Source: Candidatus Eremiobacteria bacterium
GTDB lineage: Bacteria > Vulcanimicrobiota > Vulcanimicrobiia > Vulcanimicrobiales > Vulcanimicrobiaceae
DNA length: 64,000 nucleotides
Assembly: GCA_963758295.1 (NCBI GenBank)
Contig: CAVWUU010000004.1
Location: forward strand, 352,001-416,000
Reading direction: 5' to 3'
This document shows, piece after piece, positions 8,911 to 19,194 of the stretch (its first letter is position 1; each line of letters opens with the position of its first letter). The translations under genes and the position numbers were made by a program. The notes beneath the pieces are model-generated. The model saw only the letters and a program-made list of their open reading frames with translations, did no database searches and was not told where the DNA came from.

Positions 8911-11301
8911 TTATGGGTCGACATTGACGGCGAGACGCGTCGTCCGGCCGCTGCGTGCCAGCGGCAGAACGCGTTCCCGAATTGCGGCTCGCGCGAGTTT
9001 GGGCTTTAGGGTCCTCAGCGCGATTCGGAACCGCCATTCGTTGTTCAGACGCGCTATCGGATAGGGCGCCGGGCCAAGAACTTCGATCTCCGGCTGTTGC
9101 AAAATGGCTGCGTAACGCTCGGCGGTTGCACGGACTTCGTCGCGGTTGCGCCCCATCACGCCGAGATACGCAAGCCTTGCATAGGGAGGAAAACGCATCG
9201 CTCGCCGTTCTTCCAGTTCAACCGCGGCGAAGCCGGCATAGTCGTGATTCGCCGCGTAGACGATTGCGGGATGCGACGGCGAGTACGTTTGGACGATGGC
9301 TTCGCCCGGCTTCGCGCGGCCGCTCCTTCCGCACACCTGTGAAACGAGACCAAAGGTGCGCTCGGAGGCCCGGAAATCCGGAACGTGCAAGCCGACATCC
9401 GCAGCTACAACGCCGACGAGCGTCACCGCTGGAAAATCGAGGCCTTTGGCGACCATCTGCGTTCCGACCAAGACGTCGCCTTCGGCTTCGAATTGAGACA
9501 AGATTCGCGCGTGATCGCCGACACGTGTCGTCGTATCCGAATCCATGCGTTGCACGCGCGCCGACGGAAACAGATGCGTTACTTCTTCAGCCACTTTTTC
9601 CGTTCCAACGCCGAGTTCGCGAATCGACGCCATTCCACATGACGAACACGTCGCCGGCAAGGGCTGCTGGTGATCGCAATAGTGACAACGCAGCAGGCGT
9701 TCCGTCCGGTGCGCGGCAAGCGACACGGAGCAACGCGGGCATTCCGGCACGAACCCGCAGGAGCGGCACAGTAAGAACCCCGCGCTTCCGCGGCGGTTCA
9801 CGAAAAGCACCGCTTTTTCACCGCGTTGCAACCGATCTTCCAACGCCTGCACGAGCGCGCTGCTGAAAATGCGTTTGTTTCCGGCTTCGAACTCTTTCGC
9901 CAAATCGATCACGGTCACGCTCGGCATCGGTTGTGCCGTGGCCCGTTCGGTTAGCTCGATCAAGGCAATACGGCCCCGCAGGGCCGCTTCGTAGGACTCG
10001 AGCGACGGAGTGGCACTGCCAAGCAGCAAGATGCCGTTTACCGCGCGCATGCGCTCGCGAGCAACGTTGATTGCATGGTAGCGCGGAACAGTGTCTTGTT
10101 TGTACGACGTTTCGTGTGCCTCATCGACGATCAACAAACGTACGTCGGGAAGCGGGGCGAAAACGGCGCTGCGGGCACCCACGACGACATCGATTTGCCC
10201 TTGCATGCAGGCTTGCCACGCATCGAAACGCTCGCGCTCCGAAAGGGCGGAGTGCAACACGGCCACTCGTTCGCCGAAGGCTTCCTCAAAGCGCCGCGCA
10301 GTCTGCGGCGTAAGCGAAATTTCCGGAACCAAGACGATCGCACGGCCGCCTTCGCGCACGACCCGCTTGATCGCCTCGACGTAAATGTAGGTCTTGCCGC
10401 TACCGGTAACGCCATGAATCAGTGCCTCGGCATAGGCACCGGCATCGAGCCACGCGTCGATTGTTTCGAGAGCCCGCCGCTGCTCATCCGTCGGGGGAAA
10501 TGGGGGCGGCGCAGGCGCTATGCGTTTACGCGAGGCATCCGGCGCGACTTCGCGTTCGATCAATGCGCCGCTCTTTACGGCGCGTGCGATGACCGCGTTC
10601 GAAAAGCCCGCCAAGAGCGCATCGGCACGCGGCACGCCGGGCTGCTCGCGCACGAATTCGGCGAGCGCTTCGGCCTTGCGCCCTTTAATGGGTGTGTCAC
10701 CCGGAAAAAGCACGCGAACGACGTACTCGTGCGTGCGCGGATCGACGAAGCGCCGTTCGCGCTTTAGCTCGCCGCTGCGCACGACGTTTTGCACGTACCG
10801 AAGCAAGGCCGCCCGATCGCCGGTTCGGCGCGCTTCGGGATGCCGCAAGAACGTCTCGAGCGCGAAGCCGTCGGGAAACTCTTCCCACATGAGGCGCACG
10901 AGCCGTGCCGGCACCGAGGGATAGCGCTGCGGATTTGGTTGCGAAACCGCGCGAACGAAGCTGTCCACCACGCGCGGGATGGCTCCGGAGAGCACCACTG
11001 CGCCAAGCGCTTCCCCGAGGGTGCATACGTAATACTCCGCAACGAACTTCGCGAGCCGGAGGCCGACTTCGTCAAATGCGCGAGGCACGGTAAGCTTTTC
11101 AGCGACGGGCTTGATGCGCGGATCCGCTTCCATCTCACGCACGGGGGAGACGATGAATGCCAGCATCTCACGATTGCCGAGTGGAACGCGCACGATATCG
11201 CCCACTTCGAGCTCGAAATTTTCGGCAGCGTACGTGAGCGGCAAATCGAATCGGGACGAGCGAATCGCTGCCAACGCCTCAACCGTGCGAATCTTAGCCA
11301 A
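8911..11301 (-). CDS. priA: Primosomal protein N' (TTG start inferred)
   Basis: GVTGSGKT, VPEISLT, DEAH, four CxxC pairs, GTQMVAKG. Confidence 0.95.
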   Translation of the reverse strand: MAKIRTVEALAAIRSSRFDLPLTYAAENFELEVGDIVRVPLGNREMLAFIVSPVREMEADPRIKPVAEKLTVPRAFDEVGLRLAKFVAEYYVCTLGEALGAVVLSGAIPRVVDSFVRAVSQPNPQRYPSVPARLVRLMWEEFPDGFALETFLRHPEARRTGDRAALLRYVQNVVRSGELKRERRFVDPRTHEYVVRVLFPGDTPIKGRKAEALAEFVREQPGVPRADALLAGFSNAVIARAVKSGALIEREVAPDASRKRIAPAPPPFPPTDEQRRALETIDAWLDAGAYAEALIHGVTGSGKTYIYVEAIKRVVREGGRAIVLVPEISLTPQTARRFEEAFGERVAVLHSALSERERFDAWQACMQGQIDVVVGARSAVFAPLPDVRLLIVDEAHETSYKQDTVPRYHAINVARERMRAVNGILLLGSATPSLESYEAALRGRIALIELTERATAQPMPSVTVIDLAKEFEAGNKRIFSSALVQALEDRLQRGEKAVLFVNRRGSAGFLLCRSCGFVPECPRCSVSLAAHRTERLLRCHYCDHQQPLPATCSSCGMASIRELGVGTEKVAEEVTHLFPSARVQRMDSDTTTRVGDHARILSQFEAEGDVLVGTQMVAKGLDFPAVTLVGVVAADVGLHVPDFRASERTFGLVSQVCGRSGRAKPGEAIVQTYSPSHPAIVYAANHDYAGFAAVELEERRAMRFPPYARLAYLGVMGRNRDEVRATAERYAAILQQPEIEVLGPAPYPIARLNNEWRFRIALRTLKPKLARAAIRERVLPLARSGRTTRLAVNVDP

Positions 11302-12376
11302 GATCTTGTGGCGGCCGGCGAAGATCCTGGAGGGTCGCTTTGACGAGCCGGTCGGAAACGACGACGCCATACTCAACGTCGCCGATCGCGCGTGGCAGCA
11401 CAAAACGCAACTTGTTATCGCGCCGCTTCTTGTCGCTTTGCATCGCCTTGAAAACCGCATCGGCCGGCAAATTCGTGGACAGCGGCATTCGAAGCAGCGC
11501 CATAGTGCCCAAGACGCGTAGGTGATCGGCTTCCGTGTACCGCCCGGAACGCAAGGCAAGAAGCCCGGCAGCGCGGAGTCCTAAGGCTACGCCGGCACCA
11601 TGAGAAATGCGATAGTTGCTCGCGCGTTCAAGCCCGTGTCCAAAGGTATGTCCGAGATTGAGCAGTTGGCGCATGCCGCGTTCCATGCGATCGTCTACGA
11701 CGATCATCGTCTTCACCTTAATCGCAGACGCAACGATTTCGAGCCAGGGCCATCGCCAGAATGGATGCGGTGCAAGCGTTTCCAGCGATTCAAAGAGCGT
11801 GTCGCCTTCGATGACGGCTGCTTTTAGCATTTCAGCGAGCCCGTCACGCAACGATCGGTACGGCAGCGTTTGTAACGCGTCGACGTGTGCGAAGACCGCA
11901 ACCGGATCGGCAAACGTCCCGGCTAGGTTCTTGCCCGACGGCAAGTCGATGCCGGTTTTTCCGCCGATCGACGCGTCGACCATCGATACGAGCGTGGTGG
12001 CAACGTGCGCGTAGGCAATTCCGCGCATGTAAGTAGACGCAACGAACCCGAAAAGATCTCCGGCGACGCCTCCGCCGATGCCGACGAGAAGCGTTTCGCG
12101 ATCCGCGCCGGCCTCGATCAAGGCTTCATAGACGCGTTCGACCGTCGTCAGGCGCTTGCGCGCTTCACCGAGTGCAAACGGAAGCACGCCTCGGCAAAGC
12201 GAATGGTTCCCGACGCCGCGGGCAATGGCCGCTACGTCAGGTTGTGCATCATAGACCGCCACAAAGCGCTGGCCGCGGTGCTCCAACCAGCGAAATAGCT
12301 CCGGGCGCGCGTCATCGGCAACGACGATGCGATAGCCAAGATCGTCGTTGGTAATCGATTCGGAACTGCCGTTCAC
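11294..12376 (-). CDS. aroB: 3-dehydroquinate synthase
   Basis: GGGVAGD, MRGI, VDASIGGKTG, LNLGHTFGH. Confidence 0.93.
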   Translation of the reverse strand: MNGSSESITNDDLGYRIVVADDARPELFRWLEHRGQRFVAVYDAQPDVAAIARGVGNHSLCRGVLPFALGEARKRLTTVERVYEALIEAGADRETLLVGIGGGVAGDLFGFVASTYMRGIAYAHVATTLVSMVDASIGGKTGIDLPSGKNLAGTFADPVAVFAHVDALQTLPYRSLRDGLAEMLKAAVIEGDTLFESLETLAPHPFWRWPWLEIVASAIKVKTMIVVDDRMERGMRQLLNLGHTFGHGLERASNYRISHGAGVALGLRAAGLLALRSGRYTEADHLRVLGTMALLRMPLSTNLPADAVFKAMQSDKKRRDNKLRFVLPRAIGDVEYGVVVSDRLVKATLQDLRRPPQDLG

Positions 12377-12900
12377 GCGAGCTGAATCTTCTTCTTGTGC
12401 AACCACTCGACGATCGTATCTACGATCTGCGTCGTGCTCATGTTATCGGCTTCCACGACGAGATCGGCGTGCGCGTATTGCGGCATGCGCTTTTTGTATA
12501 GATCTTTGATGCGCGAAAGTGGCGGCGTCGGGCCGAGCAGCGGGCGCACGCGCTTGCTGCGCCGCAACCGCTCCACGACGTTTTCCGCCGACACCTTGAT
12601 GAAAATGCGATACGCGCGCTTCTTCAGCAGTTTCTGGGTGGGTTCGTGCGTCAGTGCGCCCCCGCCGAGCGCAACCACACCGGGATCGCCGCCATCGAGC
12701 ACTTGGGCTACTGCGGCGTGCTCGTAATCGCGAAACGCGTGCTCACCTTCGTTGTAGAAAATATCTGAAATCTGCCCATGCTCTTTAACCACGAGATCGT
12801 CGGTATCGAAAAAAGCGCAATTCAGTTTGCGTGCGAGCTTCTTTCCAATCGTCGATTTGCCGGCAGCCATGAATCCGACGAGTGCCAAGTGCTGCTTCAT
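12373..12900 (-). CDS. aroK: Shikimate kinase
   Basis: GFMAAGKSTIG, GEHAFR, GGG, RPLL. Confidence 0.95.
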   Translation of the reverse strand: MKQHLALVGFMAAGKSTIGKKLARKLNCAFFDTDDLVVKEHGQISDIFYNEGEHAFRDYEHAAVAQVLDGGDPGVVALGGGALTHEPTQKLLKKRAYRIFIKVSAENVVERLRRSKRVRPLLGPTPPLSRIKDLYKKRMPQYAHADLVVEADNMSTTQIVDTIVEWLHKKKIQLA

Positions 12901-14063
12901 ACGCCCTCCTTCACCGGTCGATCGAATAGCGACTGCGCCGCCGCGCTTGCGCGACGGAAATTGTCCAGAGTTTCTTCCAGCGAATCGCCGCCGTATTTTT
13001 CCAGCACCGGCGCGACGAGCGCAAGACGAACCATCGCTTCACCGACGATTGCGCCGGCCGGAACCACGCAGACGTCGCTGCGAACGATCGTTGCCGGCGC
13101 ATCGCTTCCCTCGTGAAGATTTACCGATGGCAGCGCTTTCATGAGGGTGGGAATTGGCTTTACCGACACGCGCAAGAGGATCGTTTGACCGTTGCTCATG
13201 CCGCCCTCGATACCGCCGGCGCGATTGCTTGCGCGCACAACTTCGCCGTTCTCGATACCGAACGTATCGTGCGCTTCGGCACCTGACCGGTGCGCGACTT
13301 GCGCGCCCAATCCAACCTCGACCGCCTTAACCGTCTGCATTGCCATCAGCGCACCGGCGAGTACGCCGTCCAACCGCGTATCGGGCTGGCGATTGCTGCC
13401 GATTCCCGGCGGAAGCCCGTCGACTCGCACGATGAATTGGCCGCCGAGCGTATCGCCGGCCGCCTTGGCCGCATCGATAGCGGCGATCATGCGTTGCGAT
13501 GCATCCGGATCGGGACACCGAACTTCGCTATTTTCCACATCGCCGCTCGAGAAAGCGGCGATATCGGATGCTTCAACATCGCCGATGCGATGGACGTAAC
13601 TGCTCGTTCGAATATGCAGCGCTCCGAGGAACTGCGCGCAAATCGCGCCGAGTGCCACGCGCATCGCGGTTTCACGCGCGCTCGCTCGCTCGAGAACATT
13701 GCGCAGATCGCGGTGCCGGTATTTAAGCGCACCCGCATAATCGGCGTGACCCGGTCGCGGATTCGTGAGTTCCTTTCCGGCGCCGGTCAGCGGATCCATC
13801 AGCGCGCGCACATTTTCGAAATCGCGATTGCGAATCACCACGGCGATCGGCGATCCGAGCGTCCGGCTGCCCCGCACGCCCGCCAGAAATTCGATCTCGT
13901 CGCGCTCGATCTGCATGCGCCGGCCGCGCCCGTAGCCCCCTTGCCTGCGCGCAAGGGTTTCGTTGATGCGCTCTACGTCTAGAGGCAAGTGCGCAGGAAG
14001 ACCGTCGAGGATTCCAACAAGCGCGGGCCCGTGAGATTCACCCGCGGTAAGGTACCGGAACAT
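12897..14063 (-). CDS. aroC: Chorismate synthase
   Basis: TAGESHG, RPGHAD, ERASARETA, GGIEGGMSNG, RSD. Confidence 0.97.
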   Translation of the reverse strand: MFRYLTAGESHGPALVGILDGLPAHLPLDVERINETLARRQGGYGRGRRMQIERDEIEFLAGVRGSRTLGSPIAVVIRNRDFENVRALMDPLTGAGKELTNPRPGHADYAGALKYRHRDLRNVLERASARETAMRVALGAICAQFLGALHIRTSSYVHRIGDVEASDIAAFSSGDVENSEVRCPDPDASQRMIAAIDAAKAAGDTLGGQFIVRVDGLPPGIGSNRQPDTRLDGVLAGALMAMQTVKAVEVGLGAQVAHRSGAEAHDTFGIENGEVVRASNRAGGIEGGMSNGQTILLRVSVKPIPTLMKALPSVNLHEGSDAPATIVRSDVCVVPAGAIVGEAMVRLALVAPVLEKYGGDSLEETLDNFRRASAAAQSLFDRPVKEGV

Positions 14064-14122
14064 GAGTCCGTCAAGCTTGGCCGCTTCTATTGACGGCGCC
14101 TGCAGCGGGTAGACCGTCTGTT

Positions 14123-14725
14123 ATGGCACAGAATCTCAACGGGATGCGCGTCGCGATCGTTCTGGAAGACGCGTTCGAACAAGTGGAATTGACCCAGCCG
14201 CGTAAGGCGCTCGACGAAGCGGGTGCAAAAACCGTGCTCGTCTCGCCGCAGTCAGAGGTACAAGGGTGGAACCATCACACGCCCGCGGACAAATTCAAGG
14301 TGGATTTAGCGCTCGAGCAAGCCAATGTGAAGGATTTCGACGCCGTGATGCTTCCGGGCGGCGCGCTAAACGCCGATAAGCTGCGCACGGTTTCCAAAGC
14401 GGTAGAGTTTGTGAAGGCGGCGGCCGATGCGGGCATGCCACTGGCCGTGATCTGTCACGCGCCCTGGATCCTTGTGGAAACGGGCCTCGCGAAAGACTTG
14501 ACCTGCACTTCTTGGCCGTCGTTGCAAACGGATCTGCGCAACGCCGGCGCAACGTGGGTCGACGAAGTTTGCGTTGAAGATCGCGGTATCGTTACGAGCC
14601 GCAAGCCCGACGATATTCCGAAATTCAATCAGAAAATGATCGAACTCTTCGCTCAGTCTCGCAATAAGACGTCGACCGCCGAGCGTGGAACCATCGACTC
14701 TTCTTCCTCAACCCTGGTTCCTTAA
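14123..14725 (+). CDS. PfpI/DJ-1 family protein
   Basis: FEQVEL, LPGG, ICHAPW, TSRKPDD. Confidence 0.92.
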   Translation: MAQNLNGMRVAIVLEDAFEQVELTQPRKALDEAGAKTVLVSPQSEVQGWNHHTPADKFKVDLALEQANVKDFDAVMLPGGALNADKLRTVSKAVEFVKAAADAGMPLAVICHAPWILVETGLAKDLTCTSWPSLQTDLRNAGATWVDEVCVEDRGIVTSRKPDDIPKFNQKMIELFAQSRNKTSTAERGTIDSSSSTLVP

Positions 14726-15727
14726 CTTGGCATCCCGTTGCAACGGGCATTGCGATGCGTAGGGCCCGTGCAACACCACTGAATGCTCGAAATCCACAGA
14801 CGCGACTCGCGGCAAGACCGTTGTACATAACATTGCAAATGCGAAGCTTGCCGCAATGCCGGCGATTGCGGGAACGACGGCAAGGCGCACGCAAGCGTTG
14901 CGGTCGGGCGAGAGCAGCCGTTCGATTCGAATCGAGATATGCCGCCGGGTGTTAAAGGCGCCCGGCGCCGGCACGGATCGCGGCGGCCAGCGGACTCGCT
15001 CGACGAGTCGAGCCAGACAGCGCGCGTACGGCAGCGACGCCCGCGTGCGCGCCAACACCCAATCGTCGCAGGCGACTTCACGCTCCAGATTCGTCTGAGC
15101 AGCCATAAGATGGATGCCCGGACTAAAGAACAGCAACGCTTGAAGCGTTCGCTGGAGAATGTTGGTCCAATCGTCACGGCGGCGCAAGTGAGCCAGCTCA
15201 TGTAAAAGAATGCGGTCGAGATCGTCGCGGTCCAATTGTCCTACGAGGCTCACCGGGAGCAAAATTAGCGAATCAAAGAGACCGATGGCAATTGGAACGT
15301 CGATCCCGCTGGAAATGCCGACCCGTACGCCGTTTGGCGTCACCGCGCTGCCTATCGTGAAGGCGTCTCGCTGCAGTTTCGAGAGGTGAGCCCATCCTCG
15401 CACGAGACGAAGCAGCAACGCGGAAGAGCCGATCGGCCACACGGCGAGGACCGCGAGCACGACGGCCTGCGGCAACCAAACCGTGAACCGCGACGCAGCC
15501 GGACCGTGCGCGGCTTCGTACCCGGAAGCCAGCGCTATCGCGGATGCGACCGGAAGAACTACGCTGGCAGCGAGCGCGCAAGTCCAGACGGCGTGACGCG
15601 TGGTCGCATTGGTATTTCGCAATGCGCGAAGGACGGCCCACGTAATGGCAGCAACGATAAGCGGCTGCCAGAGGGCCTCGAGCCAAACGGTAAGGACGAA
15701 TGAAACGACGGTATCGAAGCGCGCCAA
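14708..15727 (-). CDS. M56 (BlaR1-type) membrane metallopeptidase
   Basis: TM helices, ILLHELAHLRRRD, EREVACDD. Confidence 0.9.
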   Translation of the reverse strand: MARFDTVVSFVLTVWLEALWQPLIVAAITWAVLRALRNTNATTRHAVWTCALAASVVLPVASAIALASGYEAAHGPAASRFTVWLPQAVVLAVLAVWPIGSSALLLRLVRGWAHLSKLQRDAFTIGSAVTPNGVRVGISSGIDVPIAIGLFDSLILLPVSLVGQLDRDDLDRILLHELAHLRRRDDWTNILQRTLQALLFFSPGIHLMAAQTNLEREVACDDWVLARTRASLPYARCLARLVERVRWPPRSVPAPGAFNTRRHISIRIERLLSPDRNACVRLAVVPAIAGIAASFAFAMLCTTVLPRVASVDFEHSVVLHGPYASQCPLQRDAKLRNQG

Positions 15728-15744
15728 GATCGGTTGCTCCTTCC

Positions 15745-15772
15745 GATACGATTCCGATGTGACCGAGTTACA
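15745..15772 (-). promoter_or_regulatory. Putative ECF-sigma promoter TGTAAC-N16-CGTATC
   Basis: Typical ECF -35 (AAC) and -10 (CGT) just upstream of the AGGAG RBS of the M56 gene. Confidence 0.6.
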
Positions 15773-15823
15773 GACCGGCCCACCGTAATGTTGCGCGCTT
15801 CGGCCTAGAGATTCATAAAAAAG

Positions 15824-16480
15824 TTATAGATCCGGAATCACATTTTGTGCCGGGGCGCCGGCGGTGCCCATCTCACCGGCCGCACGCGGCGTTTCTTCGT
15901 CTGCGTGAGTACTTTCGCTCTGCGAGCCGCGCTGCGACGCCATAAAGATGCCGCCCCCGACACCGGCAGCCAGGCCGATCAGCGCTACGAGCGAGTTGCG
16001 CCGTTTGTACAAACCGAGCGGGCGATCGACGGATAAGCGGCCATATCCGTTGAGTGCGAGCAAGCCGGCGGCAAGAGCGTACATCGTGTTCAACTCAAAG
16101 CCCTGATCGGTATTCCAGTAGCCGTTCTTGAAATGAACCGTTGCGACGGCGGTCGTCATCACGGCACAAAGTAACGCCGGGCCGACCGGCCCAAAGGTTC
16201 CGGTTGCAATAAGCGTGCCGGCCGCGATTTCGGTAATAGAGCCGGCCTTCGCGGCCTGCGCTGGATCAGAAAAGCCCAGTGATTTCATGAATCCGGTCGC
16301 GCCCTCCAAGCCGGGGCCGCCAAACCAGCCGAAGAGCTTTTGCGCACCATGCGCGGCTATACTGGCGCCGAGCACGCCCCGTGCGAATAACAAAGCGACG
16401 TCGCGGATTGAATCATCGTCGTGCATCATGAAGTCGGTATTCCCGTATTCGGGATGCTTAGGCATTGGGACCCAACGCAT
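15824..16480 (-). CDS. DoxX family membrane protein; start uncertain
   Basis: HGAQKLFGWFGGPG, GFE, GRLSVD. Confidence 0.88.
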   Translation of the reverse strand: MRWVPMPKHPEYGNTDFMMHDDDSIRDVALLFARGVLGASIAAHGAQKLFGWFGGPGLEGATGFMKSLGFSDPAQAAKAGSITEIAAGTLIATGTFGPVGPALLCAVMTTAVATVHFKNGYWNTDQGFELNTMYALAAGLLALNGYGRLSVDRPLGLYKRRNSLVALIGLAAGVGGGIFMASQRGSQSESTHADEETPRAAGEMGTAGAPAQNVIPDL

Positions 16481-16568
16481 AGCAACCCTGAAGCCCCTGC
16501 GAGCGGCGGTTAGTCAAGGGTATAGTCCCGACACGACCACCATTACGTCTTTACAAAGAGATCGGGTA

Positions 16569-17564
16569 ATGAAGCTCTCAATCGGCGCAATCTTTCTGGG
16601 TGTACTTCTAAGCGCTTGCGGCGGCGGTGGTTCGGGTTCGCCGATCCCAATCCAACCGGCCGCCACCTCGCAACCGCCGTCGACCGGCGGAACGACGACG
16701 ACAACAACCAGTGGCAACACGACGGCACTCGTAATAACGAGCGCCGACACCGCTGCAGCATCATCGGTTTCGAGTTTTAAATATCACACGTTTTCCGGAA
16801 AGAAGGCCGCCACGGCGGCTTCACGCACGGCCCGTCCCGATGCGGTCAATTATCCGGCCGACTTAGTAAATTTCGGCGGCGTCGTGATCCCGCGCGCGAC
16901 CTCGTACAACATTTACATCAATTGCGCAAGCACGTGCTGGGGCGATCCTCAAGGCTTCATCGATCGTTTTGACAACAGCACGTTCATTCATGTGCTGGAC
17001 CAGTATCTTGGCACGACTGCAAGCGCGCGTTATGGGTTTGGCGGGAATCTTGCCGTGAACGAACCGCTCTACACCAATTACCTATCGCAGGGCGACCTGA
17101 TCGCCATCGTTCACGCGGCGGCACTAAAATATGGCAGCGGTTACACGCATGTCTATCACGTCTTCATTCCGCCGGGCGTCGATACGTGTTTCGAAGAAAC
17201 GACCGATTGTTACTCGCCCGATAATCCGCCTGCAAATCAGTTCTGCGCCTACCACGCAAGCGGTACGTTCAACGACAAAGTCGGGCACGTGGTCTTTACC
17301 GTGCTGCCGTTCCAAGACGTTCCGAGCTGCACGAACTTCGGCGGCCCGAACAGTTCGCTCGTGGACAGCACCGCTTCAACGATCTCGCACGAATTCTCGG
17401 AAACATTGACCGACCCCGACACGGGATCCGGCTGGTACAATCTTGCGTTCAACGATGAGGTTGCGGACCTCTGTCAGAGCTTCGATGACATAAACAACCT
17501 CGACGGCAAATCGTATCTCATGCAGGAAGAATATTCGAACAAGCTGCACGCCTGTACGAATTGA
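16569..17564 (+). CDS. Lipoprotein with Phi-1/EXORDIUM-like domain
   Basis: Lipobox LSAC-GGGG; FCAYH, SHEFSETLTDP, GWY..EVADLC. Confidence 0.65.
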   Translation: MKLSIGAIFLGVLLSACGGGGSGSPIPIQPAATSQPPSTGGTTTTTTSGNTTALVITSADTAAASSVSSFKYHTFSGKKAATAASRTARPDAVNYPADLVNFGGVVIPRATSYNIYINCASTCWGDPQGFIDRFDNSTFIHVLDQYLGTTASARYGFGGNLAVNEPLYTNYLSQGDLIAIVHAAALKYGSGYTHVYHVFIPPGVDTCFEETTDCYSPDNPPANQFCAYHASGTFNDKVGHVVFTVLPFQDVPSCTNFGGPNSSLVDSTASTISHEFSETLTDPDTGSGWYNLAFNDEVADLCQSFDDINNLDGKSYLMQEEYSNKLHACTN

Positions 17565-17571
17565 CGAAGCC

Positions 17572-17751
17572 TTATTCCGATCGCGACTCTTCTTTTTCGG
17601 TGAGCCGGTCGATGATGTGACGCGCGTACCACTTCGGCCAATTCGCGTCGCGGTGGCCCAGGCGCTTCTCGTAGATGCCGTGCGCGTTCTCGGCTTCCCG
17701 AAGCATGTCGGCAAGCCGGTCGACGGGATGTTCGCCAAGATCTAGGTTCAT
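17572..17751 (-). CDS. Small conserved-type hypothetical protein
   Basis: AHGIYEKRLG..DANWPKWYA pattern; GGAGG RBS. Confidence 0.6.
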   Translation of the reverse strand: MNLDLGEHPVDRLADMLREAENAHGIYEKRLGHRDANWPKWYARHIIDRLTEKEESRSE

Positions 17752-17805
17752 CGCGAAAGCCTCCGTTGGCTTCACGCTAGACCAAACGAGGCGCCGTTGC
17801 AAGCC

Positions 17806-19194
17806 CTAGCGCACGCCGGTGCCCGGCTTATCGGGAAAGATCACGTGGGGGGTAATCATGAATACGATTTCGTCCCGTTCGTGATTCGCTTTTTTGTTTT
17901 CAAAAAACTTTCCGAGAACGGGAATATCTGCGAGCCCAGGAACTTTCTCAAGCGTTTCGTTACTCACGTCTCGCATCAAGCCGCCCAAGACGATTGTTTG
18001 GGAGTCGGAGACGCGCAGCGTCGAGTCAATCTTTCGATTTGCGATTATGGGGTAGCCCGTCGATGTGAAACCCAGCAGCTCGCTGTACTCCGGATGTAAT
18101 TCTGCCGTTACAACGCCGTCCGGCCCGATCGTCGGCGTCAGGCGCAGCTTCACGCCGATGTCTACGAATTGGACGTTTTGGCCTCCGAGCACCGAAGTGT
18201 TAAAAACGATCGGATACGTTTGGCCGATAAGCAAATCTGCTTCTTTGTTGTTCAGTGTGACAAGTTTTGGCGTCGCGAGAATCTGAGCGCGCCCTTGCGT
18301 TATGAGCGCGTTGAGCCTGACGTTCAGAGGAACGGTGCCTTTAGCAAACGTGTACGTAGTCGATCCTTGCGTGGGGTTTCCGAGCAAATCCGTACCGCCG
18401 AACTCCAACCCGAAGTTGCTCGAATCGTTTTGCGGCGTTACGTCGGCAACTTTTACCTCAAAGAGCACCTGAGGACTTGGCCGGTCGACTGACTCGAAAA
18501 GCGTTACGGCTACGTCCTGCAGTTCATCGCTTCCGCTGACGAGCACGGCATTGTGCTCCGCATCGGTGATAAACGTCCCCTCAGGAGCAAGAATCTTTAA
18601 TTGCTTGATCGCGTCGTCGGCTCGAACGTAGCGCAGATGGTAGAGCTTGGTTTGCAGGCCGTTGTTGGCGCCGTACGCGGGAACGTCTAGGGCTGCGGCT
18701 AAGCGACGAGCGCGTTCTACCGTCGTGGCCTCGCCCGTAACAACGACCGATCCCGTGCGTTTGTCCGCGACGATCACGGTGCCTTGAGGCAGTGCATCCT
18801 CGAGTTCTTTTGCAACGTCATCCGGTTTGCCGTGCTTTAGGCCAAGGACGATAGTTTGCGCACCTAGCGCCGTGTTCGCGCTGTCATATCGGCGATTCAT
18901 AGAATCGGCCGCGCCGACGATGAGCACCAGGCCGGTCTTGCGGACCTGCAGCCCGTGAGAACTTACCAGTACGTCCAGCGCCTGCTGGAACGTCACCCCA
19001 TGTAGGTGCAGGGTCACGCGCTCCGGTTTGACGGAATTGTCGGCGACTACGTTGATCCCCGATTCCGCGCTAAGAAGTGCAAAGACGTCAGCGATTTGTG
19101 CGTCGTGAACGTCGATCGTCATCAACGGAGCCTCAGATCGGGCCGGCCCGGCGCAGCAGAGCGCGAGGCAAAGCGCAGCCATCCAGCGCTTCAC
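17806..19194 (-). CDS. Secretin (PilQ/GspD-like)
   Basis: STN/N-domains, PQVLFEVKV, LATPKLVTLNN, KVPGLADIPVLGKFF. Confidence 0.93.
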   Translation of the reverse strand: MKRWMAALCLALCCAGPARSEAPLMTIDVHDAQIADVFALLSAESGINVVADNSVKPERVTLHLHGVTFQQALDVLVSSHGLQVRKTGLVLIVGAADSMNRRYDSANTALGAQTIVLGLKHGKPDDVAKELEDALPQGTVIVADKRTGSVVVTGEATTVERARRLAAALDVPAYGANNGLQTKLYHLRYVRADDAIKQLKILAPEGTFITDAEHNAVLVSGSDELQDVAVTLFESVDRPSPQVLFEVKVADVTPQNDSSNFGLEFGGTDLLGNPTQGSTTYTFAKGTVPLNVRLNALITQGRAQILATPKLVTLNNKEADLLIGQTYPIVFNTSVLGGQNVQFVDIGVKLRLTPTIGPDGVVTAELHPEYSELLGFTSTGYPIIANRKIDSTLRVSDSQTIVLGGLMRDVSNETLEKVPGLADIPVLGKFFENKKANHERDEIVFMITPHVIFPDKPGTGVR

